Positions 12,631-25,628 of a stretch of 64,000 nt of DNA are shown piece after piece. The notes below the pieces were generated by a model. It ran no database searches, was not told where the DNA came from, and saw only the letters and a program-made list of their open reading frames with translations. The position numbers and the translations under genes are program-made. Positions within the stretch are counted from its first letter, which is position 1. Each line of letters begins with the position of its first letter. Origin of the DNA: Squalus acanthias. Lineage: Eukaryota. The stretch is taken from the NCBI GenBank assembly GCA_030390025.1, contig CM059438.1, forward strand, positions 61,506,001 to 61,570,000. Reading direction: 5' to 3'.

Positions 12631-12880
12631 AAGCAAAATACTGCAGATGCTGGAAATCTGAAATAAAAACAGAAAATGCTGAAAATACTCAGCAGGTCAG
12701 GCAGCATCTGTGGAGAGAGGAACAGAGTTAACGTTTCAGGTCGATGACCCTTCATCAGAACCGAAAAAGCTGGAGATGGAACAGGTTTTTAAGCAAGTGC
12801 AGGGGCAGGGAAAGGGAGGAGGAAAGAACAAAAGGGAAGGTCTGTGATAGGATGGAAGGCAGGAGAGATTAAGAGATTAT
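12631..12880 (-). mobile_element. Short PLE 3'-end (pLTR) insertion, same family as 16067-24240
   Basis: Reverse-complement match to ~24030-24240; flanked by TGTAG(C/T)TTACTACAA at 12616-12630 and 12881-12895 (15-bp TSD, one mismatch). Confidence 0.85.
12726..12762 (-). ncRNA. Minimal type I hammerhead ribozyme motif
   Basis: Minus strand reads gguu-CUGAUGA-agggu-caucg-accu-GAAA-cg-UU-aacu; canonical core, palindromic AACGUU helix III. Confidence 0.8.
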
Positions 12881-13959
12881 TGTAGTTTACTACAAGCAGG
12901 TATGCCGCACTTTGTAAATGGACGGATTGGGTGCAATACAGAACAACATGGTTCCTTCCATTTCTGCCACTCGGTTCACAACACATAGTGGAGACTTAAA
13001 TATTACAACAGTTAGGAAATATTTAGGTAAACTGAGGAGAAGAAGCCAGCAATACCGCAGGGCCTGTCACATGATCTAATTATATCTTTTCTACCTCAGA
13101 AGAAAAGGCCCACTGCATTGGCAAGAAAAGTAACTTTAAATGAAAATCCACTTCTCCAATGTATTTAAAAGATAATAGAGACCTGCAAGGGAATTCAAAC
13201 CAGTAATCCAATCTCATGGTACGGATGCCGATAGCAAGCCTCTGTCACATGCAAATTCCACAATTACTGCTTTATAATTCTCTTACAGCCTTTGGTTACC
13301 AGATGATATATGATAGAAAACTCAATTGTAACTGAATCTGCCCAAGTTATTCAGTATTCAAAGGGTGAGTGGATTGGGTTTTATCAACATGTTTTATGTT
13401 CTTTTGAGTCTTGGGCCAAGTAGCTTTCAAACTAATTTAAATGTAAAATTTGATAACTTTTATAAATACAATTCGATACAGTTAATGTTATACAGCGATT
13501 ATATTTTTGGAGTCGGTACATACTTGACACTTTCACAGCCTGCCTGTCACAGCTGACACCATGGAGCAAGCATATTGACAATGACCGAGTTTCTATAATC
13601 ATCCACATAATGAGGAGGCCCCATCACCCCGCTCATAACCTGTCCAAATTCAGGCTTGTCAAACAGACGGACATGGCTTTGAGCCTGTCTATCTCTCAAA
13701 TCCACCTCATCCTTTGCACCTCTTAGGGATAGTTAAGAATAAAACAAATGACAATCTCCTGCTCACTCTGCTCCATGTAGAGCAGTAACAGGGACTGAGT
13801 TAAAGGAATGCAATGCAGTCCAGTGATCAAATTATATCTTAATCTCCAACAGCGAACAATTCATTCAAGCTCAATGTCATAAGGCACCCTTGACATAAAA
13901 CCCACAACATAAAACCTGTGCTATTAAATCATTTGCTCCATATGTTAGTGGATGTTATG

Positions 13960-14372
13960 GGTAAGAGGGCAGTTAAGAGTCAACCACGTTGGTGTGGTAC
14001 CGGAGTCACCTATAGGCCTGACCTGGTAAGGACGGCGGGTTTCCTTCCCTACAGAACATGAAGTAAACCAGTTGAGTTTTTACAAAAATCAACAGCTTCA
14101 TGGTCACTTTTACTGTTATCAGCTTTTTATTCCCAGATTTTTTTTTTACTGAATTCAAATTCTCAAACTGCCCTGGTGGTATTTGAGCTCCGGTTCACTA
14201 GATTATTAGCCCGGTACTCTGTATTAGTACTGCCCCGTCTGCCCCACCTGTGACAAAGACTGTAGGTCCCTCATTGGACTCATCAGTCACCTGCCAACTC
14301 ATTTTTAACGTGGAAGCAAGTCATCCTCGGTTCGAGGGACTGCCAGTAACATAATCACTGCACTACCATATC
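13960..14372 (-). mobile_element. tRNA-derived SINE family 2 copy with a ~110-bp internal insertion (~14235-14344)
   Basis: Homologous to 7500-7725; extra segment flanked by ACTGCC repeats. Confidence 0.6.
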
Positions 14373-17300
14373 CCTCTAATGGAAGATGGATGCTGTAGGT
14401 CGAGACCTAAGAGAAAATATTATGGGGGGGAGGGTCCAGTTTTGGATGAGTTATGGAAAATGTTCAAGATGTATTATCATAGAGTTATAAGTGGTATTTA
14501 ATCAAGCTTTAGTGCTGCTGGATATATGGACTGAAGCTCCAAATATTGGGAATAGTTCAAACATCTAATTTTGCTCGCCAACCTGTTGGCAAATCATATG
14601 CTTTGCACTTGGAGAAGTCAATGCCGCCAAATATTTAACAATGGCTGAGTGTTTTTATGAACGCAGTGTGCCTGGAGAGTTACTGTGCAAATCCAGGGGA
14701 GCAGGAAGATTTATAATAGGATCTGGGCTGACGGCAGCAAAAAAAAAAGCGCCTCGACCGGAGAAAGTATCTGGATTAGAGAACATAAATGTTAAGAAAA
14801 TGGAAGGCAGGCTCAAGAGATTAGTTGACAGAATTATTTTTTTGCTCTATTGCTGAGCAAGTGGGGACAGAGGGAAGCAACATGCAATGATGGTGCGAGT
14901 GGCTTGGTTGAAATGAATTTATACCAGGTCAGTCCCCACCACTAACACCGTCCATGCTTTTGGGAAAATGGCACTCACCATATGCCAGTACCATAGGAGT
15001 CAATTACCAAAGGCGTCGCTGAAAGCGAACTATTTCAGGCAGTTGTTCGCACCTCGTCAATCCCCTGTATTTACCCGTTTAAAAATCTCTCCTGATTTCA
15101 GCCAAATCAGGTCTTTCAAGAAGCTTCCGTCAGCTGTTCACCCCCGGTGAAACTGTGATTACCTTAATGCTGTGTCGGTACATAAATGGTGACTTTAACC
15201 GTTCAGCTGTCCGTTCATCCTGTTAAAATGGACACCGGCCTCGTGTATGTTATTTTGTATTGATTTGTAATCTGTTTTGTTTTATTGAACAAATCAAAAA
15301 TAAGGAAAAAAAACCTTATAGTCAGAATTCCCATGGCTTAATCTCTTCATGTCTTGAAGTCTATGCCACAAAGCCCCCCCATTAAAGACCCGATGTGGCT
15401 GCCGTAAACCCTCCATTACATACAGGACAGGAAGGAAGATGATTATAAGCACCATTACTGAAGCTCTGGCACAGAACCAAGTAATAGAACGGAACCTTAA
15501 ATGTACTCCTCCAGCACGTTATCAGCATGATCACAATGTTGCTGGTACACTGTCGGCGTGCCTCACTGCCAGCTCACACAGTCTCGCAACTGGTGACATT
15601 GAGAAAGAGTGCGGCCTCTTCTCAAATGTCCCTCCCGCCTCGGCTCAAGGCTGATCAGCAACCTTGTGGAGGGAGAAAAAAATTGTCAATAACGAGGGAA
15701 CGAGAATTTGTCTCGATTCCACCTGTTCTTAAGCACAGCAAATGCTACATCCCTCTGCTCGAACAATCAGCGCATTTTAAGGCTACATTCACAAAAGCAA
15801 TTTCAGTGGTAGCACTCTGGCCTCTGAGTCAGACGGTTGAGGGTTCAAATCCCACTTCAGCGACTTGAGCACATAATCCAGGCTGACACTCCAGTGCTGT
15901 ACTGAGGGAGTACTACACCTGGGTGCTGTCTTTTAGATGAGACATTAAACGAGGCCCCATCTGCCCTCTCAGGTGGACGTAAACAATCTCATGGCACTAT
16001 TTCAAAGAAGAGCAGGGGAATTCCCCTCAGTGTCTTGGCCAACATTTATCCCTCAACCAACATCACGACCAAAACTTGCTTTCACAGCCACATACATCTC
16101 TTTCCTCAGCAACTGTCTCCGGCTCCGATTTATTCCACGTGGATTCCAACTGAAATTCCACCCTTCGTGTTTTGGATCCACCCAGGATTACAGATATCTC
16201 CAAGATATTCAGCGTCCCTCGAACCACTGCTCTCGCCGCATCCCTAGATCCACGCTCAATGCCATCACATGCATGCTCTTGACCTCTCTCTTCAGCAGCA
16301 CCGACTCACTCTATCTCAAAGCTGTCCTGGTCCGTAGTTCCATTTCAACCCTCGCCTCATCCGGCGCTTTAACAAATAACTTTTTTGCTTCCTTTCAGGT
16401 GTCAATGATCACAAGCTTCAACAACCCTTGGACACCAACGCCCCTCCGGAACCTTCTTCCCCTTCACTTTCCTCTGACCCCATCCTTTCTTCCAATCTCA
16501 CCACCTGCCGTGTTTTTACCATCCCCTCTGACCTTCCGCTCTCTGACCCCGAACGATTAGTCCTCAGCAAAGGCCTGAGCTTCATCCCCTTACGCCCCCA
16601 CCTCAATGAATTTTGAGCTCGGCACGACGCTGTGCTCTTTTTCTGTCGCCTTCGTTTCCGTGCCCATTCCTTTGACCAGAAGTCTTCTCCCCGCACAGTT
16701 GACCCTTTCTCCCGTTTTCAGAATTCTTGTTCTACCTGGACCCCTCCCTCTGACCTCTTACCATCTCTAGATCTTTTCATTGAGAACTGTCGGCGTGACA
16801 TCGACCATCTCAATTTCTCTGCTCCCCTCAGTCACTCCAACCTACCTCCCTCTGAACTTGCAGCACTCCGTTCTATCAGATCCAACCCAAACATTGTCAT
16901 TAAACCTGCTGACAAGGGTGGCGCTGTTGTTATTTAGTGAACCGACCTCTACCTTGCGGAGGCGGAACGCCAACTCCCTGACACCTCCTCCTACCTCCCC
17001 TGGACCATGGACCCCATTACTAAACATCAAGCCATCATTTCCAAGACTGTCACTGACCTCATCTCCTCTGGAGATCTTCCTTCCACAGCTGCCGACCTCA
17101 TCATCCCCCAACCCCGCTTCTACCTCCTTCCCAAGATCCACAAACAGGACTGCCTTGGTAGACCCATCGTTTCAGACTGTTCTTGCCCCACGGAACTGAT
17201 TTCTTCCTATCTCGACTCTATTTTTTCTCCCTTTGTCCAGTCTCTTCCCACCTATATCCGCGACTCTTCCGACGCCCTCCATCACTTTAACAGTTTCCAG

Positions 17301-18259
17301 TTTCCTGGCCCCAACTGTCTCCTTTTCATTATGGAAGTCCAATCCCTCTACACCTCCATCCCCCACCAGGATGGCCTGAGGGCACTCCGCTTCTTCCTTG
17401 AACAGAGGTCCAACCAGTCCCCATCCACCATCACCCTCTTCTGCTCGGCTGAACATGTTCTCACATTGAACTCCTTTGATGCCACTCACTTCCTCCAAAT
17501 TAAAGGTGTTGATATGGGAACCCGCATGGGTCCTAGCTATGCCTGCCTTTTCATGGGATGTGTGAAACATTCTTTGTTCCAGTCCTAATCAGGTCACCTC
17601 CCTCGCCTCTTTTTCTAGTACATTGATGACTGTATTGGTGCCGTTTCCTGCTCTCGCCCTGAACTAAAAAATTTCATTCACTTTGCTTCCAATTTTCACC
17701 CTTACCTCACCTTCACATGGTCCATTTCTGACTCTTCCCTTCCCCAACTTCTCTGTCTCCATTTCTAGGGATAGGCTATCAACAAGCATCCACTGGGTGA
17801 GTCGGAGTTAGGTGAGGAGTGGAAGGAGGAGCTCCCTTGCTTCGCCTTTGTTTTTCCTAACTTTCACCCTGTAGGAAGAGGCCGGTGTCGGGAGCAGCAG
17901 GAGAGTACAGTGAGTATTTAAACTCACTTTCGTGGGTTTTTCAGAGGCTTACCAATCTCGCAGACAGGCGGTGGTGTTCCAGAGCCACGTCACGATTCAA
18001 AGTGATGCGGGCAAGAGGAAGCAGCTGATTGGGTGAGTACGGCCAGGTGAGTATTTATACTACTCTATAGTTTGACAGTTAAGGTTAATAGTTTATAAAG
18101 TTTAGAAGGTCTTAATTTTTGTGGTTATAGTTTCTAAGGACTCTGTTGTGTAGCGGGGAGTGCTAGTAAACAAGGACCCTTGAGTATATCATTTAATTGT
18201 AGTGTAATTAGTGGTATTGATTTGATTTAATTTAATTTAAATTAATTAAAGGGTAAGTC

Positions 18260-19174
18260 ATGGCAGCACAGCTCGGCCCCATGGCATGCTCCTCCTGCAC
18301 TATGTGGGAAATCAGGGACACTTCCTGTGTCCCTGACGACCATGTGTGCGGGAAGTGTATCCAGCTGCAGCTACTGGCAGACCGCATTGCGGCACTGGAG
18401 CTGTGAATGGATACATACTGGAGCATTCGCGATGCTGAGGACGTCGTGGATAGCACGTTTGATCAGTTGGTCACACCGCAGGTAAAGACTGCACAGGCAG
18501 GAAGGGAATGGGTGACCGCCAGGCAGAGTAGTAAGCGCAGGCAGGTAGTGCAGGGGTCCCCTGTGGCCATCCTGCTCTCAAACAGATATACCACTTTGGA
18601 TATTGTTGAGGGAGATGGCTTATCGGGGGAAGGCAGCAGCAGCCAACTTCCTGGCACCATGGGTGGTTCTGCTGCACAGGACGGGAGGAAAAAGAGCAGG
18701 AGAGCTATAGTGATAGGGGATTCTGTTGTAAGGGGAATAGATAGGCGTTTCTGCGGCCGCAAACGAGACTCCAGGATGGTATGTTGCCTCCCTGGTGCAA
18801 GGATCAAGGATGTCTCTGAGCGGCTGCAGGGCATTCTGGAGGGGGAGGGTGAACAGCCAGTTGTCGTGGTGCATGTACGTAACAACGATATAGGTAAAAA
18901 CCGGGATGAGGTCCTAAAAGCTGAATATAGGGAGTTAGGAGGTAAATTAAAAAATAGGACCTCAAAGGTAGTAATCTCAGGATTGCTACCAGTGCCACAT
19001 GCTAGTCAGAGTAGAAATAGAAGGATATTTCAGATGAATACGTGGCTAGAGGAATGGTGCAAGGGGGAGGGATTCAAATTCCTGGGACATTGGGGGAGGT
19101 TTGCACCTGGCAGGACCGGGACCGATGTCCTAGGGGGAGTGTTTGCTAGTGCTGTTGGGGAGGGTTTAAACTAA
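18260..19174 (+). pseudogene. CR1 ORF1: Cys zinc-finger-like/coiled-coil region + SGNH esterase-like domain
   Basis: MAAQLGPMACSSC...CGKCIQLQLL, in-frame TGA at 18404-18406, then IVIGDSVVR, VCCLPGA, VVHVRNND. Confidence 0.85.
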
Positions 19175-19315
19175 AATGGCAGGGGGTTGGGAACCTGTGC
19201 AGGGAGACAGAGGAAAGGGAAGCAAGGATAGAAGCAAAAGACAGGAAGGAGAAAAGCAAAAGTGGCAGTCAGAGAAATCAAGGGTGTAAATCAAACATGG
19301 CCACAGTAAATAATA

Positions 19316-22300
19316 ATGCTAAAAGGTCTAAGAATGTTAAAAAAAACAAGCCTGAAGGCTTTGTGTCTTAATGTGAGGAGCATTCGTAATAAGGTGGATG
19401 AATTAGCTGCGCAAATAGATGTAAGCGGATATGATAAAATTGGGATTACGGAGACATGGCTCCAGGGTGACCAAGGCTGGGAATTCAACATCCAGGGGTA
19501 TTCAATATTCAGGAAAGACAGGCAAAAAGGAAAAGCAGGTGGGGTAGCATTGCTGGTTAAAGAGGAGATTAACACAATAGTAAGGAAGGATATTAGTTCT
19601 GATGATGTGGAATCTGTATGGGTAGAGCTGAGAAATACCAAGGGGCAGAAAATGTTCGTGGGAGTTGTATACAGACCCCCAAACAGTAATGCTGAGGTTG
19701 GGGATGGCATTAAATGGGAAATTAGAGACACGTGCAATAAGGGCACAGCAGTTATCGGCCCAGAAATTAAACATCGATGGTTCCCGCGGGGGTAAGGATT
19801 CCCCGCGATATCGCACTCCGCACCTACCTTTTTGTTTCGGGCCCACACGAACTTCAGTTTCAGGGCCTCTCCCTGTTGCCAGTGTGCAGTGCTTGCGTGT
19901 CCCAGAGGCGCAATTAGTTCATGCGAGCTCTGGGATCACGTGATTCAGTTAGAGCCAATAGCAGCACACCATCTTTCATTCATAGTTTTGACAGCAAGGG
20001 CTGTCAAAGCTATGAATACTACAAGCCCCCAAAAGAACAGCTAAACCTCAATTAAATTTTAAAAAAAGCCATCACATTAATAAAATAACTATAGTTAAAT
20101 AAAATAACCACTTTAAACAAAAAATTAAATTTTTGAAAAAATTTAAAATCTTTTTAAAAGTTATAAAAATAAACTTACCTTTCTTTAAAGTCTCTAAAAA
20201 AGATAAACCTGTTGAAAAAAATTTAAAATAACACTTAATTAACTACTTACCTTGTTAAAAGGGGGTCCTACGCCTGCTTTCTTTATGTGTAAAATCTTCA
20301 CCACTTACCTGCGCGTTCAAACCTGAAAAAAAAACTAAGTACACTGCGTGCGCACAACCTGTAGTGCGCACGCGGTTCACTTAGGAACCGCCCCCTTTGC
20401 AATACACGAAGTGCCGGTTTCCCGCGCATGCGCAGTGCATGCAGGAAACCGGCAATTCGGGACCTAATACGCGAGAGTACACAGTGGGTACTCTCGCGTA
20501 TTAGGTCTAATTTTCGGGCCATCATGAGTGACTTTAAGCTACATATAGATTGGGCTAATCAAATTAGTAACAATACTGTGGAGGAGGAATTCCTAGAGTG
20601 TATACGGGATGGTTTCCTGGACCAATATGTCGAGGAACCAACTAGAGATCAGGCCATCTTAGATTGAGTATTATGTAATGAGAAAGGATTAATTAGCGAT
20701 CTTGTTGTGCGAGGCCCCTTGGGTAGGAGCGATCATAATATGATAGAATTCTTCATTAAGATGGAGAGTGAAGTAGTTGACTCAGAGACTAGGGTCCTGA
20801 ATTTAAATAAAGGAAACTACAATGGTATGAGGCGCGAGTTGGCTAGGATGGATTGGGGAACGTTACTTAAAGGGTTGACGGTGGATAGGCAATGGCAAAC
20901 ATTTAAAGATCGCATGGATAACTACAGAATTTGTTCATTCTTGTTTGGCATAAAAATAAAACAAAAAAGGTGACTCAACCGTGGCTAACAAGAAAATTAG
21001 GGATAGCATAAGATCCAAGGAGAGGACATATAAATTGGCCAGAAAAAGCAGCAAACCTGAGGTTTGGGAGCAGTTTAGGACCAGCAAAGGAGGACAAAGG
21101 GATTAATTAAGAGGGGGAAAATAGAGTATGAGAGTAAGCTTTCAGGGTACATAAAAACTGACTGTAAAAGCTTCTATAGATATGTGAAGAGAAAAGGATT
21201 GGTGAAGTCAAGCGTAGGTCCCTTGCAGTGAGAATCAGGGGAATTTATAATGGGGAACAAAGAAATGGCAGACCAATTAAATACATACTTTGGTTCTGTC
21301 TTCACAAAGGAGGACACAAAAAATCTCCCAGAGATGTCGGGGAACATAGGATCTAATGAGAGGGAGAAACTGAATGAAATCAGTATTTGTAGGGAAATGG
21401 TGTCAGGGAAATTGATGTGATTGAAGGCCGATAAATTCCCAGGGCCTGATAATCTACATCCTAGGGTACTTAAGGAAGTGGCCCTAGAAATAGTAGATGC
21501 ATTGCTGGTCATCTTCCAAAATTCTATAGACTCTGGAACAGTTCCCATGGATTGGAGGGTAGCTAATGTAACCCCACTATTTAAAAAAGGTGGTAGAGAG
21601 AAAACGGGGAATTATAGACTGGTAAGCCTGACATCGGTAGTGGGGAAAATGCTAGAGTCCATTATAAAAGATGTAATAGCAGAGCACTTGGAAAACAGTG
21701 ACAGGATCAGACAAAGTCAACATGGATTTACAAAAGGTAAATCATGCTTGACTAATCTACTGGAATTTTTTGAGGATGTAACTAGTAAAATAGATAAGGG
21801 AAAACCAGTGGATGTGGTGCAGTTGGACTTTCAGAAGGCTTTCGATAAGGTTCCGCATAAGAGATTAGCGTGCAAAGTTAAAGCACATGGGATTGGGGGT
21901 AAGGTACTGACTTGGATAGAGAACTGGTTGGCAGACAGGAAGCAAAGAGTTGGAATAAACGAGTCTTTTTCCGAGTGGCAGGCAGTGACTAGTGGGGTAC
22001 CGCAGGGATCGGTGCTAGGACCCCAGTTATTCACAATATATATTAATGATCTAGACGAGGGAACTAGATGTAATATCTCCAAGTTTGCAGACAACACAAA
22101 GCTGGGTGGGCATGTGTGCTGTGAGGAGGATGCAGAGAAACTCCAGTATGATTTGGACAGGTTGGGTGATTGGGCAGATGCATGGCAGATGCAGTATAAT
22201 GTGGATAAATGCGAGGTTATCCACTTTGGTGGCAAAAACAGGAAGGCAGATTATTATCTGAACGGCAATAGATTGGGAAAAGGGGAAGTGCAACGAGACC

Positions 22301-22870
22301 TGGGTGTCCTTGTGCACCAGTCACTGAAGGTAAGCATGCAGGTGCAGCAGGCGGTTAAGAATGCAAATGGTATGTTGGCCTTCATAGCGAGAGGATTCGA
22401 GTACAGGAGCAAGGATGTCTTGCTGCAGTTGTACAGGGCCTTGGTGAGACCACACCTTGAGTATTGTGTGCAGTTTTGCTCACCTTATCTGAGGAAGGAT
22501 GTTCTTGCCATGGAGGGAGTGCAGCGAAGATTCCTGGGATGGCAGGAATGACGTATGAAGAGAGATTGGGCTTGTATTCGCTAGAGTTTAGAAGAATGAG
22601 AGGGGATCTCATTGAAACTTATAAAATTCTAACAGGACTAGACAGACTAGATGCAGGAAGGATGTTCCTGATGGCGGGGGAGTCCAGAACCAGGGGTCAC
22701 AGTCTAAGGATAAGGGGTAAGCCATTTAGGACTGAGATGAGGAGGAATTTCTTCACCCAGAGAGTGGTGAACCTGTGGAGTTCTCTACCACACAAGGCAG
22801 TTGAGGCCAATTCATGAAATATATTCAAGAAGGAGTTAGATATATTTCTTAAGGCTAAAGGGATCAAGGG
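19316..22870 (+). pseudogene. CR1 ORF2 (AP-endonuclease + reverse transcriptase), disrupted
   Basis: [60 protein letters not shown] insertion, stops and frameshifts. Confidence 0.92.
19757..20520. mobile_element. Non-autonomous TIR element (MITE) with 3-bp TSD, Harbinger-like
   Basis: Ends GGCCCAGAAATTA / TAATTTTCGGGCC; TSD ATC at 19754-19756 and 20521-20523; removing it restores CR1 TAVI-MSDF. Confidence 0.88.
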
Positions 22871-24140
22871 ATATGGGGAGAAAGCAGGGACAGGGTACTA
22901 AATTTGGATGATCAGCCATGATCTCATTAAATGGCGGAACAGGCTCGAGGGGCCGAATGGCCTACTCCTGCTCCTATCTTCCATGTTTCTATGTTTCACT
23001 ATAAGCCCACTGACTCCCACAGCTACCTGGACTACTCTTCCTCCCACCCCGCTTCCTGTAAGGACTCTATTCCATTCTCCTAGTTTCTCCGGCTCCATCG
23101 CATCTGTTCTGATGATGCCACCTTCCATACTAGTGCTTGAAAAGGTATGTCTTCCTTTTTCCTCAACCGAGGATTGCCCTCTACCATGGTTGATATGACC
23201 CTCGACCATGTCCGTTACATTTCCTGCACTTCTGCTCTTAATCCTTCCGCTCCCTCACAGAACCATGATAGGGTTCCCCTTGTCCTCACCTTTCACCCCA
23301 CCAGCCTCCACATTCAACGGATCATCCTCCGCCATTTCCGCCACCTCCAGCGTGATCCCACCACCAAACACATCTTCCCCTCCCTTCCCCTTTCAGCATT
23401 CCGAAGGGGCCGCTCCCTCCGCAACACCCTGGTCCACTCCTCAATCATCCCCAACACCCCCTCCCCTTCCCACGGCACCTTCCCGTGCACACGCAGGAGA
23501 TGCAACACCTGCCCTTTTACCTCCTCCCTTCCCACTGTCCAGGGCCCCAAAAACTCCTTCCAGGTGAAACTGTGATTTACTTGTACTTCTTGCAATTTAA
23601 TATACTGTATTCGCGCTCACGCTGCGATCTCCTCTACAATGGGGAGACCAAACGTAGATTGGGTGACCACTTTGCAGAACACCTCCGTTCAGTCCGTAAG
23701 CGTGACCTCGAGCTTCCGGTCACCTGTCACTTTAATTCTCCACTCCACTCCCACTCTGACCTCTCCGTCCTCGGCCTCTTACACTGTTCCAATGAAGCTC
23801 AATGTAAGCTCAAGGAACAGCACCTCATCTTTCAATTAGGCATTTTAAAGCCTTCTGGACTCAACATCGAGTTCAACAATTTCAGACTATTACCTCTGCC
23901 CCTATTTTTTCACATGGCAGCTGTTGATGATTTTGCTATTCCCATTTACACCGTTTCTAGACTTATCTTTTGTTTCTTTACTTGTCCCATTACCATCTCC
24001 TTTTGCCTTGCACCATCATACCTTTTGTCATTTAATCTCTCCTGCCTTCCACCCTATCATAGACCTTCCCTTTTATTCTTTCCTCCCCTGCCCCATTTCC
24101 CTGCCCTTGCTTAAAATCTGTTGCATCTATAACTTTTTAC

Positions 24141-24177
24141 AGTTCTGACAAAAGGCCATCGACCTGAAACGTTAACT
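24141..24177 (+). ncRNA. Degenerate minimal hammerhead motif in the PLE pLTR
   Basis: aguu-CUGACAA-aaggccaucgaccu-GAAA-cg-UU-aacu; core deviates from CUGANGA. Confidence 0.65.
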
Positions 24178-25007
24178 CTGTTTCTCGCTCCACAGATGCT
24201 GCCTGACCTGCTGAGTATTTCCAGCATTTTCTGTTTTTATTTTACTAAAAACAGATTTACTGGTCATTTATCTCATTGCTGTTTGTGGGAGCTTGCTGTG
24301 CGCAAATTGGCTGCAGCATTACCTACATTACAACAGTGACTACACTTCAAAAATGTACTTGATTGGCTGTAAAGCACTTAGGGACGTTCTGAGGTCACGA
24401 AAGGTGCTGTATAAATTGAAATTCTTTCTTTCTTTCTTAATGACGCAGGATACTTAACATTGGCAAATGTCAGCTCCAGCGTGATGGTATTTTGTGTGTT
24501 TTAATTGAAATGGTACAAAATGACATGCAAACCACAGGGTGAACACAAAGTAATGTTTGGTACAGGAAACAGCTGTTACCGTCAGTCGGCTGGGAGATCC
24601 GATGAAGCTGTGAAAGCATTAAGTTCAGCCTCATTGATGACAATATTTATCTTATCACACTTCGGCCAGGACACATTTTATTTCCACCACCTGGTTAAAA
24701 TATCACTTCATTGTTTCAAAATCCACATTTTTTATGACAACGCTGGGATTTTAAAAGTATCCTGAAGTTCCCAGCCAAAGACATGATGTAAAAATTGATA
24801 TCTTGGTGTACTTTAAAATCCATTAAACTAGGTACATGAGGTGGAAGAGAACGGACAGTGAGAAAATAACAGGAACCATCTCTGTCCTGAGCTATGGAAT
24901 GATTAACACTGTTGTGCATCTAACTATGTTATAACAGTGAAAAGGCAGAAAATTAAAAAGACTTTTTTGTACTGCTGTGCTGCAGCTTAATATGTATGAG
25001 GATTCAT

Positions 25008-25615
25008 ACTTGGAACAGCAATATATACAGGATACACAGTGGGGAACAGCAGGATACAGGGGAGACACACTGGGGAACAGCAGGATACAGGGGAGACACT
25101 GTGGAACAGCAGGATACAGGGGAGACACTGTGGAACAGCAGGATACAGGGGAGACACTGGGGAACAGAAGGATACAGGGGAGACACACTGGGGAACAGCA
25201 GGATACAGGGGAGACACTGGGGAACAGCAGGATACAGGGGAGACACTGTGGAACAGCAGGATACAGGGGAGACACTGGGGAACAGTAGGCTAAAGGGGAG
25301 ACACACTGTGGAACGATTGGATACAGGAAACACTGGGGAGCAGCAGGATACAGGGGAGACACTAGGAAACATCTGGATACGGGGAGACACTGGGGAACAG
25401 CGGGATACAGGGGAGACACTGGGAAACAGCAGCATACAGGGGAGACTCACTGGGGAACAGCAGGATACAGGGGAGACACTGGGAAACGGAAGAATACAGG
25501 GCAAACTCACTGGGGAACAGCTGGATACAGGGGAGACACACTGGGGAACAGCTGGATACAGGGAGATACTGGGGAACAGCAGGATACAGGGGAGTCACTG
25601 GGAAACAGCAGGATA
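25008..25615. repeat. Minisatellite, 30-32 bp unit GGGAGACACTGGGGAACAGCAGGATACAGG
   Basis: About 19-20 tandem copies, decaying at the edges. Confidence 0.95.
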
Positions 25616-25628
25616 AATGGGCGACACG

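Larger units (their letters stand above)
17795..22996 (+). mobile_element. Apparently full-length CR1 LINE (5' UTR, ORF1, ORF2, tail)
   Basis: CACT duplicated at 17791-17794 and 22997-23000; both ORFs present; ATGTTTCT tail. Confidence 0.93.
16067..24240 (+). mobile_element. Decayed Penelope-like element (RT 16067-17794; RT C-terminus, GIY-YIG and pLTR 22997-24240), split by a CR1
   Basis: IKPADKGG, LLPKIHK, GRPIVS, QSLYTSIP, YIDD (~17619-17630), YKPTDSH across the junction, CTRRRCNTC linker, LYNGETKRRLGDHFAEH; many stops and frameshifts. Confidence 0.92.
15800..24435 (+). mobile_element. DeuSINE (SacSINE1-like) split into ~15800-16066 and ~24243-24435 by a PLE
   Basis: SINE consensus ...CAACCAACATCAC|TAAAAACAGATT... 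is interrupted at 16066 and resumes at ~24243. Confidence 0.85.

Noticed and set aside
11698..12666. 322-aa ORF as a host gene
   Set aside because: Frameshifted RTE ORF remnant reading through into flanking DNA.
15440..15690. Strong minus-strand acceptor-like tract (TTTTTTTCTCCCTCCACAAG) and nearby ORFs
   Set aside because: No recognisable protein and no confident donor; could be a non-coding exon but is unsupported.
24892..25616. Repetitive ORFs and superficially CRISPR-like periodicity
   Set aside because: Head-to-tail minisatellite with no unique spacers, in a eukaryotic context.
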